Assembly: GCA_028534125.1 (NCBI GenBank)
Contig: CM052817.1
Coordinates: 91,514,001 to 91,578,000, forward strand
From: Lama glama
Taxonomy: Eukaryota
Length of the DNA stretch: 64,000 nucleotides
Direction of reading: 5' to 3'
Positions 52,620 through 64,000 of the stretch are shown here, one piece after another; the stretch's first letter is position 1, and every line of letters starts with the position of its first letter. The position numbers and the translations under genes were made by a program. The notes under the pieces were generated by a model that worked only from the letters and a program-made list of their open reading frames with translations, made no database searches and had not been told where the DNA came from.

Positions 52620-53220
52620 CATAGGGGAAACCTGTTCGCTTACTCTGCAAATATTGAATGAGTGTCTCCTACATTTCAGGTGCCATGCAAGGGGCTAAGG
52701 TTATAGCAATAAACAAGACAGAACAAGGCTGTACCCAGGGATGCCTGTATTCTAGTGATGGAAGACAGACAACTAACAGATAAACAAATACACAGAATTA
52801 CTGGACTGGGATAAAAGGTAACAGTGAAGCACACTGGGTGATGAGATAGAGGATACAAGGTGGATGGTCAGGGAAGGCATCTCTAACGCAGACTCAGGAG
52901 TTGAGAGCTGACAGGGCACACAAGCCGTGCAAAGAGCTGGAGCAGCACTCGGCAGAGGAATCAGCGGGTGTGAGGGCCCGGAGCCAGGAGAACCTTTGGC
53001 AAGTGTGAGGAACAGAAGGTCTGGCTGGAGGACAGGGAGTGGGGGAGGGTGGACTGAATGATACTGGGGAGGGAGAGGGAGCCAGGCCACTGTACGTAGT
53101 CCGGATGTTATTCTGACTGCAGTGGAAAGAGATTCAACAGGGCAATGGCATGACCTGCTTCACTATTTTAAAAGCCCACCCTGGTGGCTGTGTGAAAAGA
53201 TTGGAGAATAAGGGATGAAG
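52620..53220 (-). mobile_element. L2 3' fragment
   Basis: Antisense L2 tail and purine-rich body; boundaries approximate. Confidence 0.65.
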
Positions 53221-53419
53221 GCAGCATGCATGCCCGCTGGAGTCTCTTTGACATCATTTTCCCAGAAGCTCCACTTGGTGACTGCCCACTCCTCTCCCTG
53301 AAATCTCATTGACCAGAATTGGATCTGGTGGCCAGCCCTAGCTGCAAGGGATTCATCTTCTTTTTTTTGGAATTGCCACAATAGAGCATTTTAATTTTTG
53401 TTTTCTCTGTGTTTGTTTT

Positions 53420-53970
53420 ATTGTTTTGTTTTTATTGTATAGTTGATGTATAATATTATATATTTCAAGTATACAACATAATAATTCACACTTTTAAAAG
53501 GCTACACTTCATTTAAAGTTATTATAAACTATCAGCTCTATTCCCTGTGCTGTACAGTAAGTATATTCTTTAGCTCATTTATTTTATACCTGGTAGTTTG
53601 TGCCTCTTAATCCCCTACCCCTGTCTTGCCCTACCCCTCTTTTTCTTCCCACTGGTAACCACAAGTTTGTTTTTTATATCTGTTAGTCTATTTCTGTATT
53701 GTTATATTTGTTTATTTTGTTTTTTTGATTCCACATATAAGTGAGATCATACAGTATTTGTTTTTCTCAATCTGACTTATTTCACTGAGCATAATACCCT
53801 CTAATTCCATCCATGTTGTTGCAGATGGCAAAACTTCATCCTTCTTTATGGCTGAGTAGTATTCCATTGTACATACACACTATATTTTTATCTGTTCATC
53901 TGCTGATGGACACTTAGGTTGCTTCCATATCTTGGCTATGTAAAAGGTGCTGCTATGAATGTTGGGGTGC
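53420..53970 (-). mobile_element. L1 3' end fragment
   Basis: Typical antisense L1 3' UTR / ORF2 end (CCATCCATGTTGTTGCAGATGGC...). Confidence 0.8.
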
Positions 53971-54874
53971 AAAGGAATTCTTGAAATGTGACTATTTTAG
54001 GGACAGGAAGGAAAGGGGGAAAATGGCTTGTGAATGGCTTTTGGATAGCCAGTCCAGCGTCTGTCACTGGGGTCATCTGCATTATTCCTAAAACAAGCCT
54101 GTGAAATAGCCAGGGCAATTTTTATTGGACTCATTTATAAAAGGGAAACAGCATTAAAGAGCACAAAGCTCAGATGGCTTGAGTCCCAATTTTTTGACCT
54201 CAAACTGAATGTGCTCTTCTCATTACCTTTCATTATTCTGGGCTCTGCAAAAGGCTGGACCCAGTCACACGTGTCTTGGTGTGTCTATTGGTGAACCATG
54301 CTTCCAACTCTGCGTTCCACGTCTGGTGTACCTGAGCAGTGATCACAGCTGAATGGGCACTGCAGGGAGATCAGGTTCTCAGACCAGACTTTGGGATAGT
54401 CTTCCAAAAATCAGAACAAAAAAAATAATAAATAGTGTCTTCTGTTATCCTAGAAAATTTTGTTCCACCAAACAGAACATAAGGTGGAAAGAGATGCACC
54501 ACAAGGGGTCTGGAAGACAATCCACTGGAGTGTGGGAAGGACATTGAGAATTTTGTGTTTGCATGTATGTAGATGACACAGGCATAGAAGTTCAACATTG
54601 CTAATGTTTAGTACATGAGTTGGCATGGGGTATCAGACAGGCCAGGCCTTACACATATGGATTTCAAGTATCCTGATTCTGCAGTTAACATCACAGCGAG
54701 GTTAACAGCGGCATCCACACTGCTCATTCCCCTTCAGTGGATTGTGATAGTATGGGTTTACAAGTGCCTGGTTAGGTGGGTTTGTTAGTAATATTATCCT
54801 AGATGGTAAACACTTTACAATTGCTTGTAGTGAAACAGAGTGTTTCAATGAAATTCCACTTAGAATAACAATGC

Positions 54875-55010
54875 TGGGGGGTGGGTACAGCTCGGTGGTA
54901 GACTGCATGCCTAGCATGCATGAGGTCCTGGTTCAAGCCCCAGTACCTCGATTAAATAAATAGATGAATAAACTTAATTACCTCCCCCACAAAGTTAATT
55001 AAAAAATAAA
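54875..55010 (+). mobile_element. tRNA-derived camelid-type SINE
   Basis: GGGGGGTGGGTACAGCTCGGTGG...GGTTCAAGCCCCAGTACC, A-rich tail; flanks TAGAATACAATGCT / TAGAGTAACAATGCT. Confidence 0.85.
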
Positions 55011-55800
55011 TAGAGTAACAATGCTTAATAATCATTACATGTATATATATTCATGCAGCGTTGTAGTGAGAATATCACGTTCTAGGTTATATGCAGTGAG
55101 TATTCAGTGTAGGTACATCATGTACATAGGTGTGTGTAATTACATACCACAGTGTTTTCTACTGTGAAAATTAAGTGAAATAACTAACAGAAAGTACTTA
55201 GTATGGAAAGTACCTAGTACGATGCTTGCTGTATATAGTAAACATTCAATTAATCAAGGAAAGCAACCACAAGCTGGGAGGGATGTTTATTCACTTGGTT
55301 GGCTTCTTCCCAGGGGTTACACCAGGAGACATTCATTGTCTTGGGAAACTTGCCTTGGCTTAGGGCTTTCTTGGTCTTTCCTGGCTCATATACTGGATAT
55401 TTTATCAGCACATAATACATAGCTCCACCTTTCAGGACAGATTCATTAACCACACTTACCAGGCCAGAATCAAAACCAGAATCCCAGTTTAGTGACAGAT
55501 AATGGAGACTATGACTGTCACATACTTTGAAGGGCTGTGCTAACAGGATCAGAAGAATTGCTCCCTGAAGGCAGATCGACAATCAGAGGATGACGGTTTG
55601 GTGAGCAAGGAATCAGAACAAGGGGAGTTTTCACTTCCTCACGCAGAAGGTTTAATGCTGTCTGATAGACCCATTTCACAGCAGGGATTAGTTTGCCAGT
55701 GTGCCCAGGAAATCCAAGGAAGGCAGTTACTTGGACAGAATTAGGACAGGCAATGTGTTTGCCTCTGTAACGCTTGTGGGTTTTTTTTTTTTTTATTTTA

Positions 55801-56307
55801 TGGGGGAAGAGAAATTTGTAACCCCCAAATATGTCTCTTTGGCATAGTCATTAAGTTGGTTGTTTTCTAAGAAAGCAGACATGGGAAAAACTCTGACAAC
55901 CAAGTAGGAGTTACCCTTCTGTAAGAAACACTTGCATATATAAGAGAAACCTCCATTTGTAAGGGTGTCTCCCTGGTGGGACCAGGAAGAGGAGAATGAC
56001 CAACTCTAGAAACTCTCATGAGTGGAGAAGACAATGACTTAAATCTGTGTGAGAACCTTCTCCTTTTTAATGTGTTTTTCATGGTAAACTCCCATAACTG
56101 ACTCTCCCCACCCTCAACCTCCTCTTTTGTCTTCAACTGAGGATGGTATTTTAGCCATTTTGGTGAGTTACTCAGTCTCTCCCACGCATACATGTTATTG
56201 AATTTGTTTGATTGATTCTTTCCTGTTACTTTGTCTCATGTAAATGTAATTCTTAGACCAGCCAGAAGAACCTAGAAGGATAGAAGAAATTTTCTTCCTC
56301 CTTGACA
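55801..56307 (+). mobile_element. ERV1 solo LTR (MER34-like)
   Basis: …ACCCCCAAATATGTCTCTTTGGCATA… start; ends …AATTTTCTTCCTCCTTGACA. Confidence 0.65.
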
Positions 56308-56971
56308 GTATGTTTATAGTTAATAACATTCTCTTTAAAATTTTTTCTTTAATTTTTTATTTTAGAGATTCTGAAAGAGAAAAATATACAATACAAGGTA
56401 ACGAACCCCCATGTACCCTCACCTAGTTGCAATCATTTTCCACACGTGGTCATTCAGTCTGGTTTTATCTACATCCTCATCCACTTCCCCTACCTCCTGT
56501 ATTGGAATTTGAAGAAAATTCTAAACATCCTGATTGTTTTAAAAAAATATATTTTTTAATTGAATCAAGTCCTGCTGGTTTGAGTGCCATTTTTTTCTTT
56601 CTGATGACTTTAGGTATCTCTTCTCTGATCTTAAAACAGCTCCCAGAGAGTGATTTTTGAGTTCTTGGGGGATAGCCTCTGGTTCTGACAACAATTACCA
56701 TTATCATTAGGCAGACTACATTCCACTTAGTTTTATCTTTTCTTCATTACTCAGGAATATCACCCTGAGCATCACTTACTGGACTGCACTGCAAATCAGA
56801 AATGTCAGGTTTCTATGTTCTGCCCAGGGCACTTGATCCACATGCAGAGTCTCTGGCAGCAGGGTCCAGGGATCTGCATGGGTAACAAATTTCCCAGTGA
56901 TTCTGCCCACTGAGGTCAGAGACGCACCAGCTGAGAATGTCATCAGAAATTGCTAAAACGCCTAGACTTTA

Positions 56972-58980
56972 TATTTTTTAAATTTTTTTCTTTTATTATT
57001 ATTATTTTAACTTTTTAAAAATCGAGTTATAGTAATTTTACAATGCTGTGTCAAATTCCAGTGTAGAGCATAATTTTTCAGTTATACACGGACATGCAGA
57101 CATTCATTCTCACATTCGCTTTTGCTGTGAGCTACCACAAGATCCTGTATATATTTCCCTGTGCTACACAGTACAATGTTGTTTATCTATTCTACATTTT
57201 GAAATCCCAGTCTGTCCCNNNNNNNNNNNNNNNNNNNNNNNNNNNNNNNNNNNNNNNNNNNNNNNNNNNNNNNNNNNNNNNNNNNNNNNNNNNNNNNNNN
57301 NNNNNNNNNNNNNNNNNNNNNNNNNNNNNNNNNNNNNNNNNNNNNNNNNNNNNNNNNNNNNNNNNNNNNNNNNNNNNNNNNNNNNNNNNNNNNNNNNNNN
57401 NNNNNNNNNNNNNNNNNNNNNNNNNNNNNNNNNNNNNNNNNNNNNNNNNNNNNNNNNNNNNNNNNNNNNNNNNNNNNNNNNNNNNNNNNNNNNNNNNNNN
57501 NNNNNNNNNNNNNNNNNNNNNNNNNNNNNNNNNNNNNNNNNNNNNNNNNNNNNNNNNNNNNNNNNNNNNNNNNNNNNNNNNNNNNNNNNNNNNNNNNNNN
57601 NNNNNNNNNNNNNNNNNNNNNNNNNNNNNNNNNNNNNNNNNNNNNNNNNNNNNNNNNNNNNNNNNNNNNNNNNNNNNNNNNNNNNNNNNNNNNNNNNNNN
57701 NNNNNNNNNNNNNNNNNNGGCATATAGTGACACTTTTACCTCTTCTTTTCCAATTTTGATTCCTTTTATTTCTCTCTCTTGCCTGATTGCTGTGACTAGG
57801 ACTTCCAAGACTATGTTGAATAGGAGTGGTGATAGTGGGCAGCCTTGTTTTGTCCCAGATTTTAGTGGGAAGCTTTTGAGTTTTTCACCATTGAGTACTA
57901 CGCTGGCTGTAGGTTTGTCATATATAGCTTTTATGATGTTGAGATATGTTCCCTCTATACCCACTTTGGTGAGAGTTTTTATCATAAATGGGTGTTGAAT
58001 TTTATCAAAAGCTTTTTCTGCATCTACTGAGATGATCATGTGGTTTTTGTCCTTTCTCTTGTTAATGTGATGTATTACATTGATTGATTTGCATATGTTG
58101 AAACATCCTTGTATCCCTGGGATGAACCCCACTTGATCATGATGTATAATCCTTTTTATGTGCTGTTGGATTCTATTTGCTAATATTTTGATAAGGATTT
58201 TTGCATTTATGTTCATCAGTGATATTGGTCTGTAATTCTCTTTTTTGGTGGTGTCTTTGCCTGGTTTTGTTATCAGGGTGATGGTGGCTTCATAGAATGA
58301 GTTTGGGAGTATTCCCTCTTTTTCAATCTTCTGGAAGAGTTTGAGAAGGACTGGCATGAGCTCTTCTTTGTATGTTTGGTAGGATTCCCTGGGGAAGCCG
58401 TCCAGTCCCGGACTTTTATTTGTAGGGAAGTTTTTTATTGCTATTTCGATTTCATTTCTAGTCATCGGTTTGTTCAAGTGGTCAGTTTCTTCTTGATTCA
58501 GTCTTGGTGGACTGTATGTTTCCAGAAACTTATCCATCTCCTCTAGGTTATCCATTTTGGTTCCATATAGTTTTTCATAATATTCTCGTATAATATTCTG
58601 TATTTCTATGTTATTGGTTGTAATTTCTCCATTTTCCTTTCTTATTTTACTTATTTGTGCTCTCTCTTTTCTTCTTTGTGAGTTTGGCCAGAGGTTTGTC
58701 GGTTTTATTTACTCTTTCAAAAATCCAGCTTTTGGTTTGATTGATTTTTCTATTGTTTTTTTTTTTAATCTCTATTTTGTTTATTCCCTCCCTGATCTTT
58801 ATTATTTCCTTCCTTCTGCTGACTTTTGGGTGTTTTTGCTCTTCTTTTTCTAATTCTTTTAGCTAGTGGGTTAGATTGTTTATTTGAGATTGTTCTTCTT
58901 TTTTGAGGAAGGCCTGTATCGCTATAAACTTCCCTCTTAGCACTGCCTTTGCTGTGTCCCATAGATTTTGTGTGGTTGTG
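56972..58980 (-). mobile_element. Young 5'-truncated L1 (ORF2 including part of the RT domain) spanning an assembly gap
   Basis: Open ORF2 from 58555 to the gap (…[20 protein letters not shown]…); perfect 18-bp TSD TAAAACGCCTAGACTTTA at 56954 and 58981. Confidence 0.95.
57219..57718. other. Assembly gap (500 N)
   Basis: Run of N. Confidence 1.
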
Positions 58981-59335
58981 TAAAACGCCTAGACTTTAAG
59001 CCATGGTGCTTAAAAACTGGAAGAGAGATTTTTAGAAAACCAATTTCATTTTTCTGCTACTTCCTCCTTCCCTCTCTCGCTGGCTCTCAGGTCAGAGGCT
59101 CTGAGGCTGGAATCTGGTGTTCCACAGTGTCTGTATCAAGGTAATTCTGCAGAGCAAAGTGCATGAACTTTGAAATAGCTGTTGGCTGCTCAGAAGTCAC
59201 TTGCTTTCAGGTTTCTGGCTGTGTCCCACATAGCTATGGGTGCTGTAAGTCTTACCTAGGTAAGTGGTACTCCTATACACACAGACACACACACATATAT
59301 AAGCACACAAACACACAGGCAGAGTGCTATATTTG

Positions 59336-59424
59336 CTTCCTTGTTTTCTCTTAAATTGAAGTGTAGTTGATTTGTAACCTTGTGGTAGTTTCTGGTGTAT
59401 AGCAAAGTGATTCAGTTTTTTTTA

Positions 59425-59457
<33 letters not shown>

Positions 59458-59679
59458 ATATAAAGACACACACACACACACACACGTACACAAACACACA
59501 CACACACACACACACACACCACATCTTTATCCAGTCATCTGTCGATGGACACTTAGGTTACTTCCATGTCTCGGCTATTGTAAATGGTGCTGATGTGAAC
59601 ATTGGGGTGCATGTGTCTTTTCAAATTAGAGTTTCCTCTGGATATATGCCTGGGTGGGATTGCTGGATCACATGGTAAT
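59336..59679 (-). mobile_element. L1 3' fragment with internal (TA)n(CA)n microsatellite
   Basis: L1 tail joined through the microsatellite to CCACATCTTTATCCAGTC; flanks AGAGTGCT at 59321 and 59680. Confidence 0.75.
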
Positions 59680-60709
59680 AGAGTGCTGAATTTTGAGTGG
59701 CTCTATTATATAACAAAATTTTGAGAAATTTCTCTAATATCTCAGTTCTGTTGGGATAAATTATTTTCCTTTTAGGGACCAATTTCACTAGTTACAGGAT
59801 GAACACTCATACTCCCCGCAGAGTATATCTCCTCACATGGCAAGCTTGAATATGACTCTTTTACTTCTAGTTACTTAAGATTTCCTTGTTTTGGAGAAAC
59901 TATATTCCTCTGCCCCAGCTAGGAGCCAGATTCTAGAATCTTCTAGAAGAAACTCAGGAAGCTGGCTATCAACAAAGATATCTACGCACTTCCATTTACC
60001 CCTGTATAGTTTGTGTACGTGGTTAACTAGAAGATGATTTCCCTGGTGACCCGTGACCCTTTCACCACACTATCGATGACTCATTTTAAAATAATAATAA
60101 AAAAAGTAATAGGGAAGTACAAGATTAAGATTGATTTAGGACAAATGAACTCATAACCCACATTTTACAGAAAATGGTGCTTTTAAAGAGCTACATGACC
60201 TTTAAAAATGCTCTTCTTGTTTGCTTTTAAGAGAAAAACAAGCTTCGTTGAACTTAGTTTATTGCAGGCTCCAAAATCACTATTAGCCCTTTGAAATTTG
60301 GGCTTATTTAAAAAATAAAAAAGTCCTGGAAATTCTGTCTTTATTTTCTTACCCAAAGTTCAACCTGACGATAGGAGTAAACATGAGCCCAGTTCTCATG
60401 TTTGTTTTAAAAATACATTAAACCATCCTTTTGCTAAAGTTCTTTTTGTTCTATAGCTTCATATCAGAAATGGTATGAGAGTAAATCTTCACCACAAGAG
60501 GGAGCTGGAACACGCAGAAATTAATGGGTTGGTTTGGAAAGAGAAGTGAAAACGGGGAGAGTGCAGGTGATTCAGGGTGAGACTGTCACTATCGGCAGCA
60601 GCGACAGAGTTTGTTTCACGAGTGATTATTCTATTCTCCTAGTTGTTTAGACCAAAAATCAGAGTCATCCTTGACTCCTTACCTCCAATGAATTAACATG
60701 TCTTTTTCT

Positions 60710-61171
60710 TCTGCTACTTCGGTGTCTGGGGCCGCAGTGACCCTGGGTCCTCAATCCCTAGAGAAAGAAACAACTCAGGCCTTTCATATGCAAAGCAACC
60801 CATCCAGAGCCCTCCCCCAACCAGCTTCTTTTAGCGGCCTGATGCTCCAGGCCTCTGTCACCCCAGCATCAGGGGCCTGACAACAGAGGCAGCCCCTACT
60901 CCCCAGAGCCTCTTGAAATTGTCAAAGTAGCCAATCCTAAACCTGTCTTGCCTGTTCTTTCCCCTGGAAACCACACAGGAAGACTCTGGCCCATGTTTTG
61001 CCCTGCTGCCTCTGCCTCCAGACTGACCCTGGCACGTCCCTGTGTGGCCCCTGTGGCTTGGTGCCCCACCCTCCACGCCCTGGGGAACTGGGGAACTGTG
61101 AGTGATGAGCTGTCTTCTCAATGGCACTGGTTTGTTGGCCTTACCATACCTAAGTAATGATAAAACCAACA
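60710..61171. mobile_element. ERV-type solo LTR nested in L2 (family unresolved)
   Basis: GC-richer block ending …AAAACCAACA that interrupts L2 sequence. Confidence 0.45.
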
Positions 61172-63789
61172 TCTTACAATCCCTAACCCCACATCTCAGC
61201 AAATGCTATTTTCTCTGCCTTTATGGCAGACCCAAAATTCAACCACTCCTCCCACCTTCTGTCCCCACCTCACTGCCCCATCATCTGGTTCCTCCTGCTT
61301 CTCCCTGGGTCCCTGGCCCCCTCACTCCCATCCATTCTCCACTCTGTGAACAGTCAGAGTGAGCCTGTTACACAAGTAAGGCAGGTTTTTTTCACTCTTC
61401 TCTTCAGAGCCCTCCAATGGAAGGGCCAACAGCAATGACAGTTTCAAAATCATATTTTGGAACCTTCAGGAAACGAAGTTGAATAAAGCTGGTTCGTTTT
61501 TAAAAACACACCAAAGTATTTTACATCATCGGCTGATTTCCCATCGCACACAGAGTTAAAAATCAAGTCTTTAAAATGGCTTTGGGGGCCCCTGTAGAGC
61601 TGGGTCCCGGCTCGCCCCCTGAGCACAGCCCCTGGTTCTTTCTGCTGGCTGCTGCCCTGGCTGCCCCCTGCTCTCACACCCCCCACAGACCTCCCACTCA
61701 GAGTGCGCTCTTGCCGCCCTCCTGGCCTGGGCACTTTGCCTAGACCCCAATCTTGCCTCCCCTCACTCCACTCCTGACACTCCTCCCCCACCCCCTCCTT
61801 GTTCCATGTCACTTAGAGCCTTTCCCTGGTTTATGGCCAGTGTCCTCACGAAAATGTAAGCTCCAAAAGGCAGGGACTTTGTGTTCACTGCTGATTTGCT
61901 GATGGCCTACAATAGTGACTGCTAGATGGTAAGAGATGCGTGTTGAATGAATGAGCAAACTGAGAAGGTGATTTTTTGAAAAAGACACTTTAGCTCAGTC
62001 ATTCTTACATCAGATACTTGGCAAATGCTTTGCATTGCATCCAGAAATTTGCTGCCCCCCCAAAGCCGGTCATCTAAGGGGGAGGCCAGCAAGATGTTTC
62101 ACTCATTAAACATTTGAGAATACAGTATAGAGCCTAGCATGGCCTGTGGACGCCCATGGGTGCAGAGAAGGGGGCCAGTGAGCCTCGGGGCAAGGTATCT
62201 TCATTGGGGACTTCTTGCAAGAAGACCGGCTTTGGCTACACCTAGAAAGGTGGCATTCCAAAGCAGAAGGGACCCAGTTAGTGAGCCTGCTCCATGGGTC
62301 AAGCACTCCATCTGTCTCTCTCTCGTTTATTTTTTTTTTTTTAGGTATCATTATCAGTTTCAATTTACAAATACGGGAACTGAAGCATAAAGAAGTGATG
62401 TCACGTAGTTGGGAAATGGCAGAGCTGAGATGTCAATCTAAGATGATTGCCAAAGCTCTCTTCACCATTACAGTCTGCCGACTCCCATTCATCCATCCAT
62501 CCATTTCATTTGTTGAGGGTTTCTTCTTGTGTGTCAGATGTTAAGTTTCCATCAGTGAATGGGACAGACCGAAATCCATGCCTACCTGGAACTCACAGTC
62601 TAGAGGGAGGAGAAAGTCAATGAACAATATCACGGATAATGAAATTACATAGAAAGTTAGAAGGTGACAAGTGGTCCGGAGAAAAAGAAAGGAGGGTAAA
62701 GTGTTGCAATTTAAGTGGATAGTCAAGGAAGGTGTATGGTCAGGCCACTCAAGGTGGCTGCTCTCTGCTCTCTGTCCATCCCCTGCTCAACCAGTGCCTG
62801 CTTCACCTGTGCCCTTCACGCTTGACATACTTGCCAAGTTCCCAGCTGGTGATTGTTCTTATCAAAGGGGCGGTGCAGGGCGTGCCCTCTGCTGGTTTCC
62901 TTGGTAACAAATGAACCCACCTGCAGTCCATTCCCTTTTAACTGCTGACCTCCCCTTGCCCCCGGGAGCAAAGTGAAGCCGGCTGCCGTGTCCTGCCTGT
63001 CGTCCACTCTGCACAATGTGGGGAATCGCTCCGGGACCTTGCTTCAGATGTGTAAGTTCCCCTCCATGAAACCATGGATCTCTCTGTTGCTGACCCGGGC
63101 TCTTTCTTCAGTCTTGAAGCTGTGCGAGTACAGGCCTTGTAGGCCTGTGAGGTACAGCCCAACAAAAGGCAGTTCGGTGAAGACTTGAAGGAGGTGAGGG
63201 AGGGAGCCAGGGAGAAAGGCCCAAGTCTGAGAGGGGAGCAGGAGGGAGCGAGCCTGGCATTTCTAAAGACAGGAAGAAGAGAGAGCAGCTAGAGAGGAAG
63301 GGGGAGGGGCTTGCAAACTCTCAAGCTTTACATCCCAGTATCCACATTTGCTAGAGAGCAGTCTTAAGCCCACCATCCTGGAGACAGTGGCAGAGCTGAT
63401 AAAAACCAGTCTGACTCCAGAGTCCTGGTCCTTCTCACCACGTGACCCTCCCCAGTGCTGCGGCCACGGAGAGGCAGGAATTGTGAAAACTCATCACTGA
63501 GGGAGCTTCAGGTGGCAGTGGTCATGGATGAGAAAAAAAGACGGTGTGGAGAAGCTACGGCTGGAATCCAGGCAGAGGGTGTGGAAGTTCTGGACTAGGG
63601 CGGATGGTGATAATTGTAAAATTATAGGAAGTTGGTCTGGGTATTGCATGGATTGGACTAATGAGACACTGGGGTCTGGGAGATCAGTTAACTGGTTGGT
63701 TAAGCAAATGTTCAAGGGAAAGGATATTAATAGTCGCTTTACTCTGTAGAGAGCATGAAGAAGTGAAGGGCGGGAGAGAGGGACTCTCA

Positions 63790-64000
63790 GAGCTGTGGTT
63801 AGGAGAGCAGCCTGGAACCAAGCCGCCTGGCTCATGTTTTGCCTCTGCCACTTTCACGTTTCTGGAAGCAGGTTCCTTAACTGCAAGTCAAGTTACTGAA
63901 CATCTCTATGTCTCTGTTTTTCCTTCTATAAAATGGGGTGATAGCAGTATCTATGTCACATGGCTATAAGAAAGAAAGGAATAACCTAAAATATTTAAAA
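63790..64000 (+). mobile_element. MIR SINE
   Basis: MIR core …GTTACTGAACATCTCTATGTCTCTGTTTTTCCTTCTATAAAATGGGG. Confidence 0.7.

Noticed and set aside
54875..54950. tRNA-like sequence
   Set aside because: It has an A-rich tail and TSD and no proper acceptor stem; it is a SINE, not a tRNA gene.
55250..55582. Minus ORF with a hydrophobic start and SHSLHYL, reminiscent of MHC-I/HFE
   Set aside because: No ATG start, and no further MHC alpha-1 similarity or exon structure; probably coincidence.
57048..57998. Long ORFs crossing 57.2-57.7 kb
   Set aside because: Artefacts of translating the N gap.
59700..64000. Expected 3' end of SETD7 (downstream neighbour by mammalian synteny)
   Set aside because: No recognisable SETD7 coding sequence; it probably lies beyond the window.

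Overview
This is mammalian genomic DNA, most likely camelid (alpaca/camel), judged from the short tRNA-derived SINEs and the L1 3' UTR type. The only intact protein-coding gene I can support is RAB33B (+ strand, two coding exons 29448-29696 and 39870-40310, 229 aa ending in CWC). It has a CpG-island promoter and a ~2.4 kb 3' UTR. Downstream are an H3F3A (histone H3.3) processed pseudogene with a perfect 15-bp TSD, several young 5'-truncated L1s (one spanning a 500-N assembly gap), and a diverged local duplication. The main unexplained signal lies upstream. On the - strand from ~27100 to ~855, the non-repeat islands form a chain of about 18 exon-like units, mostly bounded by AG...GT, with mostly compatible splice phases and protein-like translations. 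They are interrupted by stop codons and by ancient transposon insertions. I read this as an ancient unitary pseudogene lying head-to-head with RAB33B. Several peptide motifs resemble RGS domains of the RGS22/RGSL1 type; that assignment is inference and needs a profile search. Repeat family names are from recognition of consensus sequences, not from a RepeatMasker run.
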